DNA of 64,000 nucleotides, from assembly GCA_001600695.1 (NCBI GenBank), contig BCKQ01000009.1, positions 601,846 through 665,845 of the forward strand. The letters run 5' to 3'. The translations under genes were made by a program, and so were the position numbers. The notes beneath the pieces are model-generated. The model saw only the letters and a list, made by a program, of their open reading frames with translations. It was not told the DNA's origin and did no database searches. Below, in pieces: positions 47,040-59,765 of this stretch (positions are counted from its first letter, which is position 1; every line of letters begins with the position of its first letter). Origin of the DNA: Ascoidea asiatica JCM 7603. Lineage: Eukaryota; Fungi; Ascomycota.

Positions 47040-50000
47040 TTACTCAAATTCGGTTATTGTAGAACGGATATTTTTTAATTCCGTGTGACGGTAAAAGTTA
47101 TAAAATTGGATTGTTTGTCCGCGGCACGGAAACAACTTTTGTGAGAGCGAAATTGAAATTGAAATTGAAATGGAAATGGAAATGGAAATGCAGATGCAGA
47201 TGCTGTGTCTAGTCGCATTCTGCTGTTTTTTACAGGTGTCTCGCTAAACGCCGCGGATTATATTTTTGCGGATTGGAAACGGCACTGTGCGTTGGCGAAT
47301 GCATGCACCACTTGCTTGTGGCAGCTGCAATACGAAACTACTTGTTTCGGCAATTAGATGCGAAACATACTTATTTAATTTTTTTCTTACTTTGTTTTTT
47401 GTGTGTTTTTTATTGTTTGTTTATTTAACAATTGTCAAGATTTGTTGAAACAAAGATCAAAAAACAAATATGGCCTCAAAAAAAAAATTATTTTATTGTA
47501 AAACAGTTGTCTTATTAATTTGTTAATTTTTCACAGTTATCCCTTTTTATTTTCTTCTTTTTTTTGTCATTTTCTTTTTTCGTTTAATGTTAAATAAAAA
47601 GGAAACCCAACAATTATTGATAAATTAGGAATAATTTATTACAAAATAGGTATTTGTTACATGTTTTATGAACATGTTTATTCTCTTATTTGTTTTCTTC
47701 AGGTTATCTTAAGATATTTGCTGGTTTTAAAAAATTATTTACATTTGTTTCTTATTTATTTATTTATTTATTATTCTTTGATTTGATTTGTATTATTTTA
47801 TTATTTTAAAATTGAAGTTGAAGTAAGTTTTTAATTATATAATTTAACTTAAGTTAATGATAATTGAACTTAATGAATTTAATTAATTTGAATAATTTTA
47901 AAGCTTTAATATTAACGTTAAAATAATGTGTAAATGATGAAGTTTAATAATATTAAGCTATTAACTATTAACTATTAACTATTAACTATTGTATTAAAGT
48001 ATTAAGTTGATACTTTGATGAAGGGTAATTAATTAAATAAGTGGTTCAATTAATTATGTAATTAGTTAAATCATTATTAAATTATTAAATTATTAAATTA
48101 TTAAATTATATCAATACTCTAAAGTATTTAAAGTGTTTAAAGTATTTAAAATACTAGTACCAAATGACAATTGGGTTTTGACCGTTGACCGTTTTTAAAT
48201 TAAATTTATTAATTAATTTACTCTCTGTACACCACAGTACTCTTTGTTAACTGTTTTTTAATGTTTTTTTAATATCATTATTATTGATAATTTTAATTCC
48301 AATTAGAACAAAAGTAAATAAATGATATATTTGTAGTTTGTATTATTTTTCTAAAATCTACCAATCAAATAGAAATGAATTTAAAATATCAAATTTACTT
48401 AAGTAACGTTACTTTAAATTAAATTAATTATATAATAGGGGATGAATAATAATAATATAATAGTCAAATAATCAAATAATCAAATAATCAAACAAAACAA
48501 AACAAAATTTTGTATCCATATTCAGTTAAATATTGTATTCAATTAAAAATTGTATTCAGAATATTTTTAATAAATAACTTAAAGTATTAAAAAAGTATTT
48601 TAAAAGTACAATAACGTTACAAAATTACCGATATTTTGAAAAAAAAAATACTTTAGCCGGTAATATTAGTACAGTAATAGTACTTGTTTTTTAAAATTTT
48701 AAATTTAAAATTTTGTAGGAGTTCAAATTCAAGATTGAATTCAAGACCTGATTTTAATCATCTCAATCACACATTTTATAGCAGATATATTACATTTGAA
48801 TTAAGGAAAAAAAAAAATCTTAACTAAAAACTGAAGTAAACTTAACTTAGTAATTTTTCCGGAATCTAAAATACAATTGAGGTTCATTGAAATATAAATA
48901 TAAATATAAATATAAATATAAATATAATATTATCGTAAGAAAAGTAATCACTTTTCGTTTTTTTTTTTTCTTTTCTTCCATTTAAATATTTAATGAAAGA
49001 ATTATTTCTTTTAATTCTTGATTGATTAATTTATTTGTTATGTCATTTTTTTTAATTTATCAATAATAAAATAAATAACCTGTTATTGAAAGAATTGAAC
49101 AAATTCAAAATCCAACAATTCCTTACGTAATCCAAATTCCGTTTACGATATCCTCAGCTCCGCATCGGTGAGTTCCTGAGTCGAGTTTAAGCGCTGAGAC
49201 CTTTTGATTTCAACATGACAATTGAAATACGTAATTTACATAATTTTCAAGGAACTCCACCACCGGGTCTGGGTGAATGGCCAATAAAGAACGAGAAACT
49301 GGGTAGAAAGTTACTTTTTGAAAGAGAAAAAAAATGAGCTGACTTGTTGATTTCTTTACAAGGATAAACACAGTAATTAAACCACTTCTTTTATTAAAAT
49401 TCACAATTCCAGTACTAAAAGATACATATACACAAATACAACTACTACAAATTCATATTTGTTGCAAGTGGAAACAGTTTAACCCCTTTAAGCGTGACCA
49501 TCGTTGCCACTATATTTAAGTTTCAAGAAGACTGCTGCAATTGGCCAGATTTTACGTTTTTGCGTTTTTTGCTTTTTTTTGCTGTTTTTGCTTTTTTGAC
49601 ACCTGCTTAATTAAAGATCTGGATTAATTATTACTGTATAATTCTGACTAATTTGAATTTTATTGAAATGAGAATAAACAAATTAAACCTAAAAGCTACT
49701 ATCTGCGTTACAGTTTTCTGCTATTGCTATGGGGATAATCCATGAAAACCTCGACTTATCTTTATCAATTACTACAATTGTAATGTGGTGTTTATTCAGT
49801 ACTGTTGAATAAAGGAAAACAAATTAAAAAAATTAATAAATAATAAAAATCAAATTTATTAAACTACAAACTACAAATGTAATAAATAACTCATTAAAAC
49901 CTTTCTGAAGTTAATCTACAGTTACATCTCTGTAATGAAACATTAACAGAAACATTTACTTTTTTGCCATATATTCACTTGGAACTTAATGTTACATTTT

Positions 50001-51693
50001 AGTGAAAACTCATAATAATTTACTTTACTTTACTGTACCGTACCAACCAACTTCCCGCATTGCTTACGTCAACACTGAGGAAATCTCACACTCTTTTTTC
50101 TTTTTTTTCTCTTTTTTGGGTGGACACATGCTAATTCCACTTTAACCGCAAAGCATGTTTACAGATGCAAACTCCTCCACTGAGAGTAAGTTGGCGCACT
50201 AATGCCCCAACTACCAACTCCAATTACAACTACAACTACAACTACACCAATTACATTAATCACACACACCAATTTCACTAATTAATCCTCTGTGCACCGA
50301 CAAGGTTTCCAAGCAGGATGTACATCTTTCCACCGAAGGACTGTCTTTTCTTGCAACAAAACCGCCAAACTGGCTTTTTGTAAACGCGTCAGGCTGCTCC
50401 GGTGCTAATTTGTCCACCTGGGACAGTCACGACTTCGGCAGAGCAGCGCCGGCCGCAAGCAACCATAATCTGGTTAACGTTAACGTCGCCAAGACTTAAC
50501 TTTATCGAGGGCCAGTGATTAGATTAGTAGCAACACAGCTGTACTGTAGCACTGTAGCACTGTACTTTATTTTAGTGCAAACACTGATCAATTGCAGCAA
50601 CTGTTAACGTAACTTCATATTATTTATCTTTCTGTTTGTTATTACCTGCCTGCCCATACTAAATTCTCTAGTCAGCTTCATCTCATTCATCACGTTCAAT
50701 TACGCCTAATATTAAATATCTTTTGCTCAATTTTTAATTTGCTTTTTTTGTTGTTGTTTTTACTATGGTTTTTACTTTTCCTCGTTAATTCAAAACTTCA
50801 AATTGTTATAAAAAAATATTATAAAGCATAATATTAAAAAATTATTTAAAAACATTAAAATACATCAAAATTCCTGTAAATTCTTTTAAATTTCTTAAAC
50901 TTTTTGCTTTATTTCTTACAAAATTTAAACCTGTTTTTACTTTTTTAATTTAAACTTATTAATAATATTAATATTAATATTTAAACCAACCAAAGACTCG
51001 TTTTTTAATTTTAATTTTAATTTCTCATTTATTTTAAATCTCTTAATCTTAATACTTTTCTTCTCTTCTCTTTTTTTTTATTTTTTTGGTTTATTCCCTT
51101 TTTTACTTTCAATTTAAATTTTAAATTATTTATTATCTATCAATAATAATAACTAATATATTTATTTATATATAAATTACTCTTTCACTTTGTTTTATAT
51201 TTTATTATATTTAATCTTATATTAATATAATTTAAAATAATTTTAAAATAATTTTAAAATAATTTAAATTAAACTATTAAAATTTAAATCACATTTTAGA
51301 TTAGCTTCAATTTAATTCTTTTAAGTTTAATATAAATTTAAATATACTTAAACTTTTAAAAAGTATAAATAATTATAAAACAAGTCAAAAAAATATATTT
51401 AAAACAAATAAAGAAATAAACAAATAAAGAAATAGATAAATAATTTTGAAACATAAAATATTTATAAAATAAACTCATTTAAAGAAAATATAAAGACAAA
51501 AGTATTTAGATATAAACTATTAAATACTAAATTTTAATCTTATATTATATTTTATATATTATATTCTATATATTATCTCATTTGATTTTAAAATTTTAAT
51601 ACCTTTGGCGTTTAAATAATCATAATCAAATTTCTTATATTATATCAGTATATAATTTCAAATAACTGTTAAACCTTATAATTCATATTAACA
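47040..51693 (+). promoter_or_regulatory. Extended upstream control region and long 5' leader of WOR1/MIT1
   Basis: ORF-free region with GC islands (~47050-47360, 49120-49300, 50040-50700) followed by ~925 nt with no ATG. Confidence 0.6.
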
Positions 51694-52030
51694 ATGGTAA
51701 TGTCAACAACAAGAATTTCTCCAACCTATTCTGGTTATATTGGTTCAACAAAAGATGCTTTATTAGTAATTCAAGCTGTTTTAAATAATACTTTAAATAC
51801 TGTACCAAGAAGACCTCATGATAGAGAAAGAGCTTCTTTAATTCAATCTGGTAATGTATTTATTTTCATTGAAGAAAGATCTGGTATAAAAAGATGGACA
51901 GATGGTGTTGCTTGGTCTCCTTCAAGAATTCTTGGAAGATTTTTAATTTATAGAGAATTAGATAGACAAGCTTTATCTGAAAAAGATGCAAAAAAATTAG
52001 AAAAGAAAAAAAGTAGAAAATCTTCAATTG

Positions 52031-52069
<39 letters not shown>

Positions 52070-53574
52070 CTAATAACAACAATATGAATGGTTTAAATGA
52101 TTCAAATAATATCAATGGAGTAAATAATATTAATGGTAATGGTGTTGTTAATGGAGTTAATAATAATAATGATTCAACAAATGATCAAAATTTACAACAA
52201 CAATTATATAATCCAAATCAACCACAAGAAGTACCAAATCGTTCATTAGTTGGTTCTTTAGTTGCTTCTTATGCTTTTAAAGATCATGGTTTAATTAAAA
52301 AAACACTTTCTTTAACAATTACTCATCCAAGTAATGTACCTTATAATGGTCCAAAAAATACTGCTCCATGTACAAGTGAAACTGTTCATCTTGTTTCTTA
52401 TTATACTGCAGCTGATGTAACTTCTGGAGTTTTAACACGTCCATCTGATGATTCAAAATTAAAAACTTTACAATTATCTCCTGAATTATGGAATGCTGTT
52501 AAAGAAAGTTCACTTGGTGGTAAAATTCCAATTGAAGATGAAGCATTTTATTATCTTGATCATAATAATCCAAATTCTTTAAGTTTAGGTTTAAATTCAA
52601 ATCAACATCCTGGTCAAAATGCAATGAATATGGCTAATGCAATGTCTTCACAATATTCAATGATGCATCAACAAAATATGACTCCAAATAATGGAATTTA
52701 TTCAATTAATAATCATCCTGGTGTTAATGGATTTCATCAGCAACCTTTTTCATTACCTCCTCCTTTACCTCATCATACACCAATGCAAGCTCAAGCTCAA
52801 GCTCAAGCACAGGCTCAAGCTCAAGCTCAACAACAAGCACAACAACAAGCTCAAATTCAACAAATTCAACAACCTCCAATTCAAGGTCAAGCTCAACAAA
52901 TTAATACAAATGATATTCAACAACAACCACAACAACAACAACCTGGAACAAATGATCCAAATCAACAAATGAATATTCCTCAGATGTATAATCAATTTCC
53001 TCCACAACATTATATTAGTTCTGCACGTTATTATGGAAATTCAGGAGATAATACACCTCATAATTCTTTTCAAAATCCTCAAAATGGACAACAACAACAA
53101 CAACAACAACCTATTCAACCTGGAATTAAACAAGAATATAAACCTGGTGGTATAGTTAATGTTGATTCTCCAATTGTGAATTCAATGAATATTAAACCTG
53201 GAGTTAATAATAATCCACAAGCTGGTTATTATCCAATTCAAAATAGTTATTATACATCATCACCAGTTCAAAATGCACAAACAGGTTCACCATATTATCC
53301 AAAACAACAACAACAGCAACAACAACAACAATATACTCAACCTCAATATCAAAATCAAAATCAAAATCAAAATCAGAATAGATATTATTCTGGAGCTCCA
53401 CAACAACAACAACCAAATTCTAATATATCAGGAAATGCAAGTGTTTCAGGTGCTTCAAGTAATGGAACTGTTAATAATGGAAATGCAACAAATGGAAATA
53501 TATCATTAGATGAAGGAAATAATTCAAATTTTATGAATCCAAATTATTCAGCAGTTTTATATCCTCCTCATTAG
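51694..53574 (+). CDS. WOR1: WOPR (Gti1/Pac2) family transcription factor, Wor1/Mit1/Ryp1 type
   Basis: WOPRa (RRPHDRER..SGNVFIF.E.SGIKRWTDG..WSPSR) and WOPRb (GSLVASYAFK..GLIKKT, HLVSYY) with N-rich linker and Q-rich tail. Confidence 0.9.
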
Positions 53575-53790
53575 ATTCATTCTTTTTATTTTAGTTAGTT
53601 GTTAGTTGTTAATTGTTAATTGTTAATTGTTTGTTTATTTGCTTTTTTTATATATTTTATTGTCTGTTTGTTTAAATTTGCTTTTTTCTGCCTCAATAAT
53701 GCTTTGTTTTGTATAATTTTTTATTTATTTCTTCTTTTGTTAAATTAAATTAAATTAAATAATTAATAATTAATTAGTAATAATATTTTG

Positions 53791-53848
53791 TTTTATTTTA
53801 TTTTATTTTATTTTATTTATTTTATTTTATTTTATTTTATTTATTTTA
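53791..53848. repeat. (TTTTA)n pentanucleotide microsatellite
   Basis: Directly visible downstream of WOR1. Confidence 0.9.
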
Positions 53849-55098
53849 TATATATTTATTTACCGGTATTGGAATATTATATTTTTAATAGTTAATTAAT
53901 GTTTAATGTTTTTTTGGATACTACTTTATATACTTTTTTATTTATTAATTAGTTTTTTTTATCTGTTATATATAATTATATATCTTTAAAATATAGTTTT
54001 AAAATCAATCTGATAGTTTCTTATTATTATTTAATGTTTTAGTCTAAAAGTAGTTAAATTACCTAAAGTACATTGAATTATCATATAAGATAATATTATA
54101 TTAGGTTTTCATGCCAGATCAAATGGTGTCAAATAAAATAATTTAAATATTATGCAGAATTGAACTACTGAATAATTTGTACAGTACGTGAATTTTAATT
54201 TAAATTTGAATTTAAACTTACAAGATCAAGAACAGAAACAGAAACAGAAACAAAAACAAGAACAATGACGATGACAAACTTAGATTTGAATGTAGATTGA
54301 AATTTAGCTTTAGATTTAGAATTCAAATTCGAATTTGAATTTGAATTATAATTTCAATCTCAATCACACTTAAAATTTGAATAATTTTCATTTTATCATC
54401 TTGGACTTTCAAACAGTAAAACAGTAATTATTGAAACTAGACCAATAAAATTCATTCTTTCTGAGACTGACTCGCTTTAAATTTGCTTGGGTTCCAGTCT
54501 CAATACCTGAATTTCATCTGACTCAATTCACACGAATCTCACAAGAAACACAAAAGACACTGAAGCTTTTTCTTCTCAGTCCCCAGACCCAAAGAAAACA
54601 GTTAAAAAAAGCTTTTTCTTTCAGATTCAAATTCAACAAACCTGAAAAGCACAAACGTTTTTTGTTGATTTTTTTTCACCTGAATTTTTTCACGTCTTCA
54701 GACAAAATTTCCACTTTTTTTTCAACTTTTTTAGTGTTTTTTTTTATTTCTTTTTGTGCCTCAGTCAAAAAATAATAAAAAAAGCTGACTCAGCTCACGT
54801 TTTGTTACGTAATAGTTTAAAAATAAAAATTAACGCAACACTTACGCTAAACCACCGCTAAATATACGCTAAAACAACGCAGCGTTTCAAGACCGCAATT
54901 ATCTTGCAGTACCGTTACTTTGGTTTTGAAATGATAAAATTTTTTTTTTTTTTAAATTTAAAGTATTTTTCACATTGGAGAGATTTTGAAATTTTGATAT
55001 TTTTGATATTTTGATACTGTTGGTAATTTTTAATCATTATTCATTCATCATAACTTTCATAAATCAAAGTAAATATTAATTTTCTTTAACTAAAAAGT

Positions 55099-58000
55099 AT
55101 GTCAATAATGTCTACCATTGATATTGAAAAAGAAAATGATGATGCTCAACTTGAATTAGAAATTAAATTAGATAGAATTAGAAATCATGAAAATTCAAAA
55201 TTAGAAAATCAAAAAAAAATTGCTTTAATTTTATCTGTAATTGATGATAATATTGATGATCAAAAAATTCCAAGAAATCCAACTGCATATTTTGTTTCAT
55301 TTTTAGCTTTAATAGTTTCAAGTTTTAAAGATGAAAAAATAATTGATGAAGATATTGCAATTTCTGCAACTTATTTACTTGATATAATTTTACCATTTAT
55401 TAAAAAAAATATTTTAAATGTAAAATTTAATGATATTTTTAAAAAAATTATAATTTCTTTAAATTCAACTAATTTAACTCCATTAATTAAATCTTGTATT
55501 GGAATTTTAGAATCTTTATTAATTGCTCAAGATTTAAATTCTTGGAAAAATTCTTCAAATGATAATTTTAATTATTCTCCTTTAAAAGGTTTATCTGCTT
55601 TATTAAAACTTTCTTTAGATGAAAGACCAAAAATTAGAAGAAGAGCTCAAGATTCTATTAAAAATTTATTATCAAGTAATAATAAAAATGATCAATCTAA
55701 TAAACATCCACATATAACAAGTTCAAAAATTTCAATGTTTATTTTAGAACAATTTTCAATTTTAATTAATCAACAAAAACTTATAAAAAAAAGTAATAAT
55801 AATAATAATAATAATTCAATTAATATTAAATTAATTCATCTTATTCAATTAACTCAAACTGTAATAAATACAAATTCTTGGCCAACTTCTGATATTCAAA
55901 AATTATGTGATATATTATTAGATATAACTTCAACTTCTGATCAATTTCTTGCAGCTTCTTCTTTAAATACTTTATCTTCATTAATTAATTCTTTAAATTC
56001 AATTAATGATTCTAAAATTGCTTATAAAATTTTAAAACATTCATTAAATTTAAAACCTTCTTTAAATAATTCAAATTTATCAACTTCTTGGATAAAATTA
56101 ATTTCTCAAGGTTATTCTAAATTTTCAAAATTAGATCCAATAAATTCTATAAAAAATTTAATGTTTTTTATAAATATTTTAAAAAATTATTTAAATTCAA
56201 AAATTAAAATTATTTATCAATCTGCTGCAATTGGTATAAAAGAAATTATTCAAAATTCAATTCAAGAAAAACTTTTATTAACTCCGATTTCAAATGATGA
56301 AAAAGGTATTGAATTATATGATAATATTGAAGAAATTATTTCTAATTTATCTGATTTAATTATTAATCTTTTATCAATAAAATATAATTATTGTATTAAA
56401 GAAGTTTTAGATTTATTTTCTTCAATTTTAAATACTTTAAAATTTAGATCAAATCCAGCATTTTTAAAACCTTTAGAAATTATTGGTGAATGGAGAAGTA
56501 AAGAAAAATTAAATTTTGATTATAATATTGATGTTGAAAATGTTATTGCTTCTGCAATTCATAATATGGGTCCAAAAATTGTACTTTCAATTTTACCATT
56601 AAATTTAACTCAAACTTCAATTGAAAAACCTGGAAGAGCTTGGTTATTACCAATTTTAAGAGATAATGTTTATAATACTGAATTATCAATTTATTTTAAA
56701 GAAATTTTACCAACAATTCAATTTTTTAAAGATAAAATTTCAGAAATGAATAAAAATTCAAATAATGTTAAAGTTTTTGAAACAATTATTGATCAAATTT
56801 GGTCTTTATTACCAAGATTTTGTGATTTACCAAATGATTTAATTAAAAGTTTTACAGATGAAACTGCTCAAAATTTAGCTTCATTATTAATTTCAAAACC
56901 AGATTCAAGAGTAACAATTTGTAATTCATTAAAATTATTAATTACAAGTAATCTTAATTATAGTGAAAGTGAAATTAATAAAGAATCTTTAATTCAACAA
57001 CAATTTCCAATTTCAAAAGCAAAAGAAAATTTAAAATATTTATCAAAAATGTCAAATAATTTTATTTCAGTTTTATTTAATATTTATACTCAAACTCCTT
57101 CACAACATAGAGGTTTTATTTTGGAAACTGTTGATGCATTTTTAAAAATTTCTTCATCAAATGAAATTGAAAGTGTTTTTAATAATACATGTAGTTTATT
57201 ACAAAAATCATTAGTTGAAGAAAATGAAGAAAAAGAAAAAGAAAAAAATGGTAAGAATAATAAGAATAAAAATAATAACAATAATAGTAAAAATAATGAA
57301 AATGAAATACCAAGATTAAGTATAAGTTTATTAGATTTAATTGTTGAAATGGCAAAATATGTACCAGAAAGTTCATATAATCCATTATTTACAATTTTTG
57401 TAAATACTATTGATATTGAAGATTCTTTAATTCAAAAAAGATCATATAGAATTATAAATAAATTAAATGAAACAGAAAATGGTAAAAAAGCTATAATACG
57501 TTATATTACAGAAATTGAAAAAGTTTTAATTAAGACAAAAGATACATCATTATTAGCAACAAGACCAGTTAGATTAAATGCAATTTTAGTAATTCTTGAA
57601 TTATTACCAATGAATGAATTATTTTTTATACCATCACTTTTATCAGAAATTATATTATCAACAAAGGATATTAATGAAAAAAGTAGAGAATTATCATATA
57701 AAATTTTAAAAAAAATGGGTGAAAAAATGTCAGAAGGTGGAATTGTTGAAAATTCTAAAGTACCTGGATTTGAAGAAAATGAACCAAATGTTGAAGGTTC
57801 ATTAAAATTATTTTTTAGTATGGTATCAGCAGGATTAGCATCAGATATACCACATATGCAAAGTGCAACAATTACAAGTATTTCATGTTTAGTTTATGAA
57901 TTTAAAAATGAAATTCCAAAAGATTTATTAATTGAATTATCATCAACAGTTGAATTATTTTTAACATCAAAAAGTAAAGAAGTTGTAAAAAGTACAATTG

Positions 58001-58872
58001 GATATATTAAAGTTGAAGTTGTATCATTACCAAAAGAAATTATTGAAAAAAATTTAAAAGTTTTAATTGAAAATTTAATGAAATGGTCTCATCAACATTC
58101 TGGAGGTATAAAATCTAAAATTAAGAATATTATTGAAAGATTAATAAGAAAATTTGGATATGGAATAATTGAAGAAAATATTCCAGAAGAAGATAAAAAA
58201 TTAATTGTTAATATTAAAAAAAGTAAAGATAGAGCAAAAAGAAAACAAAAGAAACTTAAAGAAGAAGGAATTACCGAAATTACAAGAGATAAAAAAAATG
58301 ATTTTATGTCAGCTTATGATGATGCTATACAAGATTCTGAAGATGAATCAGATAATTCAGATAATGAAGATAATGATTCAGATAATGATATTGATATGGA
58401 TGATAAATTTAGAGGAAGTCAAAGATATATTACAGAATCTAAAAATACACCACTTAATTTATTAGATAAAGAAACATTATCTCATATATCTTCAATGAAA
58501 CCAAAATCATACGATAATAATAATAATAATAATAATAAAAAATTATTGAATAAAAGATTTAAAACTTCAGATGGAAAATTAATTATTAATAATCAAGATG
58601 ATGAAGATGATAAAGAAAATCCATTATTAAAGAAAAATTTAAATAGTGGAATTGATGCATATGTAGATGCAATTAAAACAGGACCAATTAGAGGTCAAAG
58701 AAATCGTCTTAAATATAAAAAAGAGAATAGACAAGCAGATAATTATCATGAAAGTGATGATGAAGAAGATTCAAAAGATTTTAAAAATAAGAAAATCATG
58801 AATGGTAAAAATAATAAGATTAGAAAACCTATTGTGAAAAAACAAAAATATAAGTCAAATAGAAGACTTTAG
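55099..58872 (+). CDS. RRP12: Ribosome biogenesis HEAT-repeat protein Rrp12
   Basis: SKLENQK, DERPKIRRRAQ, PGRAWLLPILRD, QIWSLLPRFC, IIERLIRKFG, GPIRGQRNRLKY. Confidence 0.95.
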   Translation: MSIMSTIDIEKENDDAQLELEIKLDRIRNHENSKLENQKKIALILSVIDDNIDDQKIPRNPTAYFVSFLALIVSSFKDEKIIDEDIAISATYLLDIILPFIKKNILNVKFNDIFKKIIISLNSTNLTPLIKSCIGILESLLIAQDLNSWKNSSNDNFNYSPLKGLSALLKLSLDERPKIRRRAQDSIKNLLSSNNKNDQSNKHPHITSSKISMFILEQFSILINQQKLIKKSNNNNNNNSINIKLIHLIQLTQTVINTNSWPTSDIQKLCDILLDITSTSDQFLAASSLNTLSSLINSLNSINDSKIAYKILKHSLNLKPSLNNSNLSTSWIKLISQGYSKFSKLDPINSIKNLMFFINILKNYLNSKIKIIYQSAAIGIKEIIQNSIQEKLLLTPISNDEKGIELYDNIEEIISNLSDLIINLLSIKYNYCIKEVLDLFSSILNTLKFRSNPAFLKPLEIIGEWRSKEKLNFDYNIDVENVIASAIHNMGPKIVLSILPLNLTQTSIEKPGRAWLLPILRDNVYNTELSIYFKEILPTIQFFKDKISEMNKNSNNVKVFETIIDQIWSLLPRFCDLPNDLIKSFTDETAQNLASLLISKPDSRVTICNSLKLLITSNLNYSESEINKESLIQQQFPISKAKENLKYLSKMSNNFISVLFNIYTQTPSQHRGFILETVDAFLKISSSNEIESVFNNTCSLLQKSLVEENEEKEKEKNGKNNKNKNNNNNSKNNENEIPRLSISLLDLIVEMAKYVPESSYNPLFTIFVNTIDIEDSLIQKRSYRIINKLNETENGKKAIIRYITEIEKVLIKTKDTSLLATRPVRLNAILVILELLPMNELFFIPSLLSEIILSTKDINEKSRELSYKILKKMGEKMSEGGIVENSKVPGFEENEPNVEGSLKLFFSMVSAGLASDIPHMQSATITSISCLVYEFKNEIPKDLLIELSSTVELFLTSKSKEVVKSTIGYIKVEVVSLPKEIIEKNLKVLIENLMKWSHQHSGGIKSKIKNIIERLIRKFGYGIIEENIPEEDKKLIVNIKKSKDRAKRKQKKLKEEGITEITRDKKNDFMSAYDDAIQDSEDESDNSDNEDNDSDNDIDMDDKFRGSQRYITESKNTPLNLLDKETLSHISSMKPKSYDNNNNNNNKKLLNKRFKTSDGKLIINNQDDEDDKENPLLKKNLNSGIDAYVDAIKTGPIRGQRNRLKYKKENRQADNYHESDDEEDSKDFKNKKIMNGKNNKIRKPIVKKQKYKSNRRL

Positions 58873-59765
58873 GAACTTTAATTTTTATCCTCAAGTCTTT
58901 CAACTATCATTTTGTCTAATAAATAATAAGTAATTACAGTAACTTCAAATACTATCTAAAAGTAAAAGTAAAAGTAAATCTCTCAAAAGTCTCATAAACA
59001 CAAAAGAAAACAAATCAAAAAAAAAAAAAAAAAAAAAAAAACAGTGGTACATGCAGTATTCGGTAGTTAAAGGTATATATTACGACAATATACACTGAAA
59101 TACATAAACTGGATAAACAGTGGCTTGTGATAAGTGGCTTGTAATTGTGGGCTGAAGTAAGGCTGGTAAATATGGCTGGGGATATATTGTGTGGCTGTAC
59201 ATCAACAGCCGCCAGAAAGCTGGCTTCAGCGCTGCAACTCTAGATTTGGCGTGGGTGCGCTGCGTTTCCGGTTTCTGCGGGAGATAAGCACACTTTGTTC
59301 AATTGGCTGGCGGGCTGGGATTTACTCGTGAGAATTTTAATCTGAGCAGTTCTGGTGAATCTAGAAAAAAGAAGCTTTGAAGCTTTGAAGCTTTGGAGCT
59401 TTGAAATGGCTTTTATGATGATGATTACTGCAAAATAAACAATCATTTATTGATCAATTCATTCAATAATAGATCAAGTCACTCGGTTAATATCAATCAG
59501 GGCTTGTTTTTGTCATCGAAGTCCTGTTTCTAGCTGGAATATATCTTCTAAGCTTAAGTTAGCCATTCCTCAATTCTATTCCTCAGTACAAACAAAGATT
59601 CAAGATTTCATCATTTGTAAATCCAAAAAATAAAAAAGCTTATTTTTTTTTTTCTCCTGACAGTTTTTATATTTGAGATTTTAAATAAACAAAATATATT
59701 AATATAAAATTATCAATTTGAGATTGAGATTGAGATTTTTATTAATATTCAATTTCGAGATAAGA

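Noticed and set aside
42651-58465. Small alternative-frame or antisense ORFs inside the Bop3-like gene, WOR1 and RRP12
   Set aside because: Shadows of biased codon usage and trinucleotide repeats in the real genes.
59371-59402. (GAAGCTTT)x4 as a heat-shock element
   Set aside because: The 8-bp period and TTT do not fit alternating nGAAn pentamers; it is a simple repeat.
59718-59765. ORF-track N-terminal extension of GPI13
   Set aside because: Starts at TTG inside a TTGAGA repeat; the first ATG is 59766.
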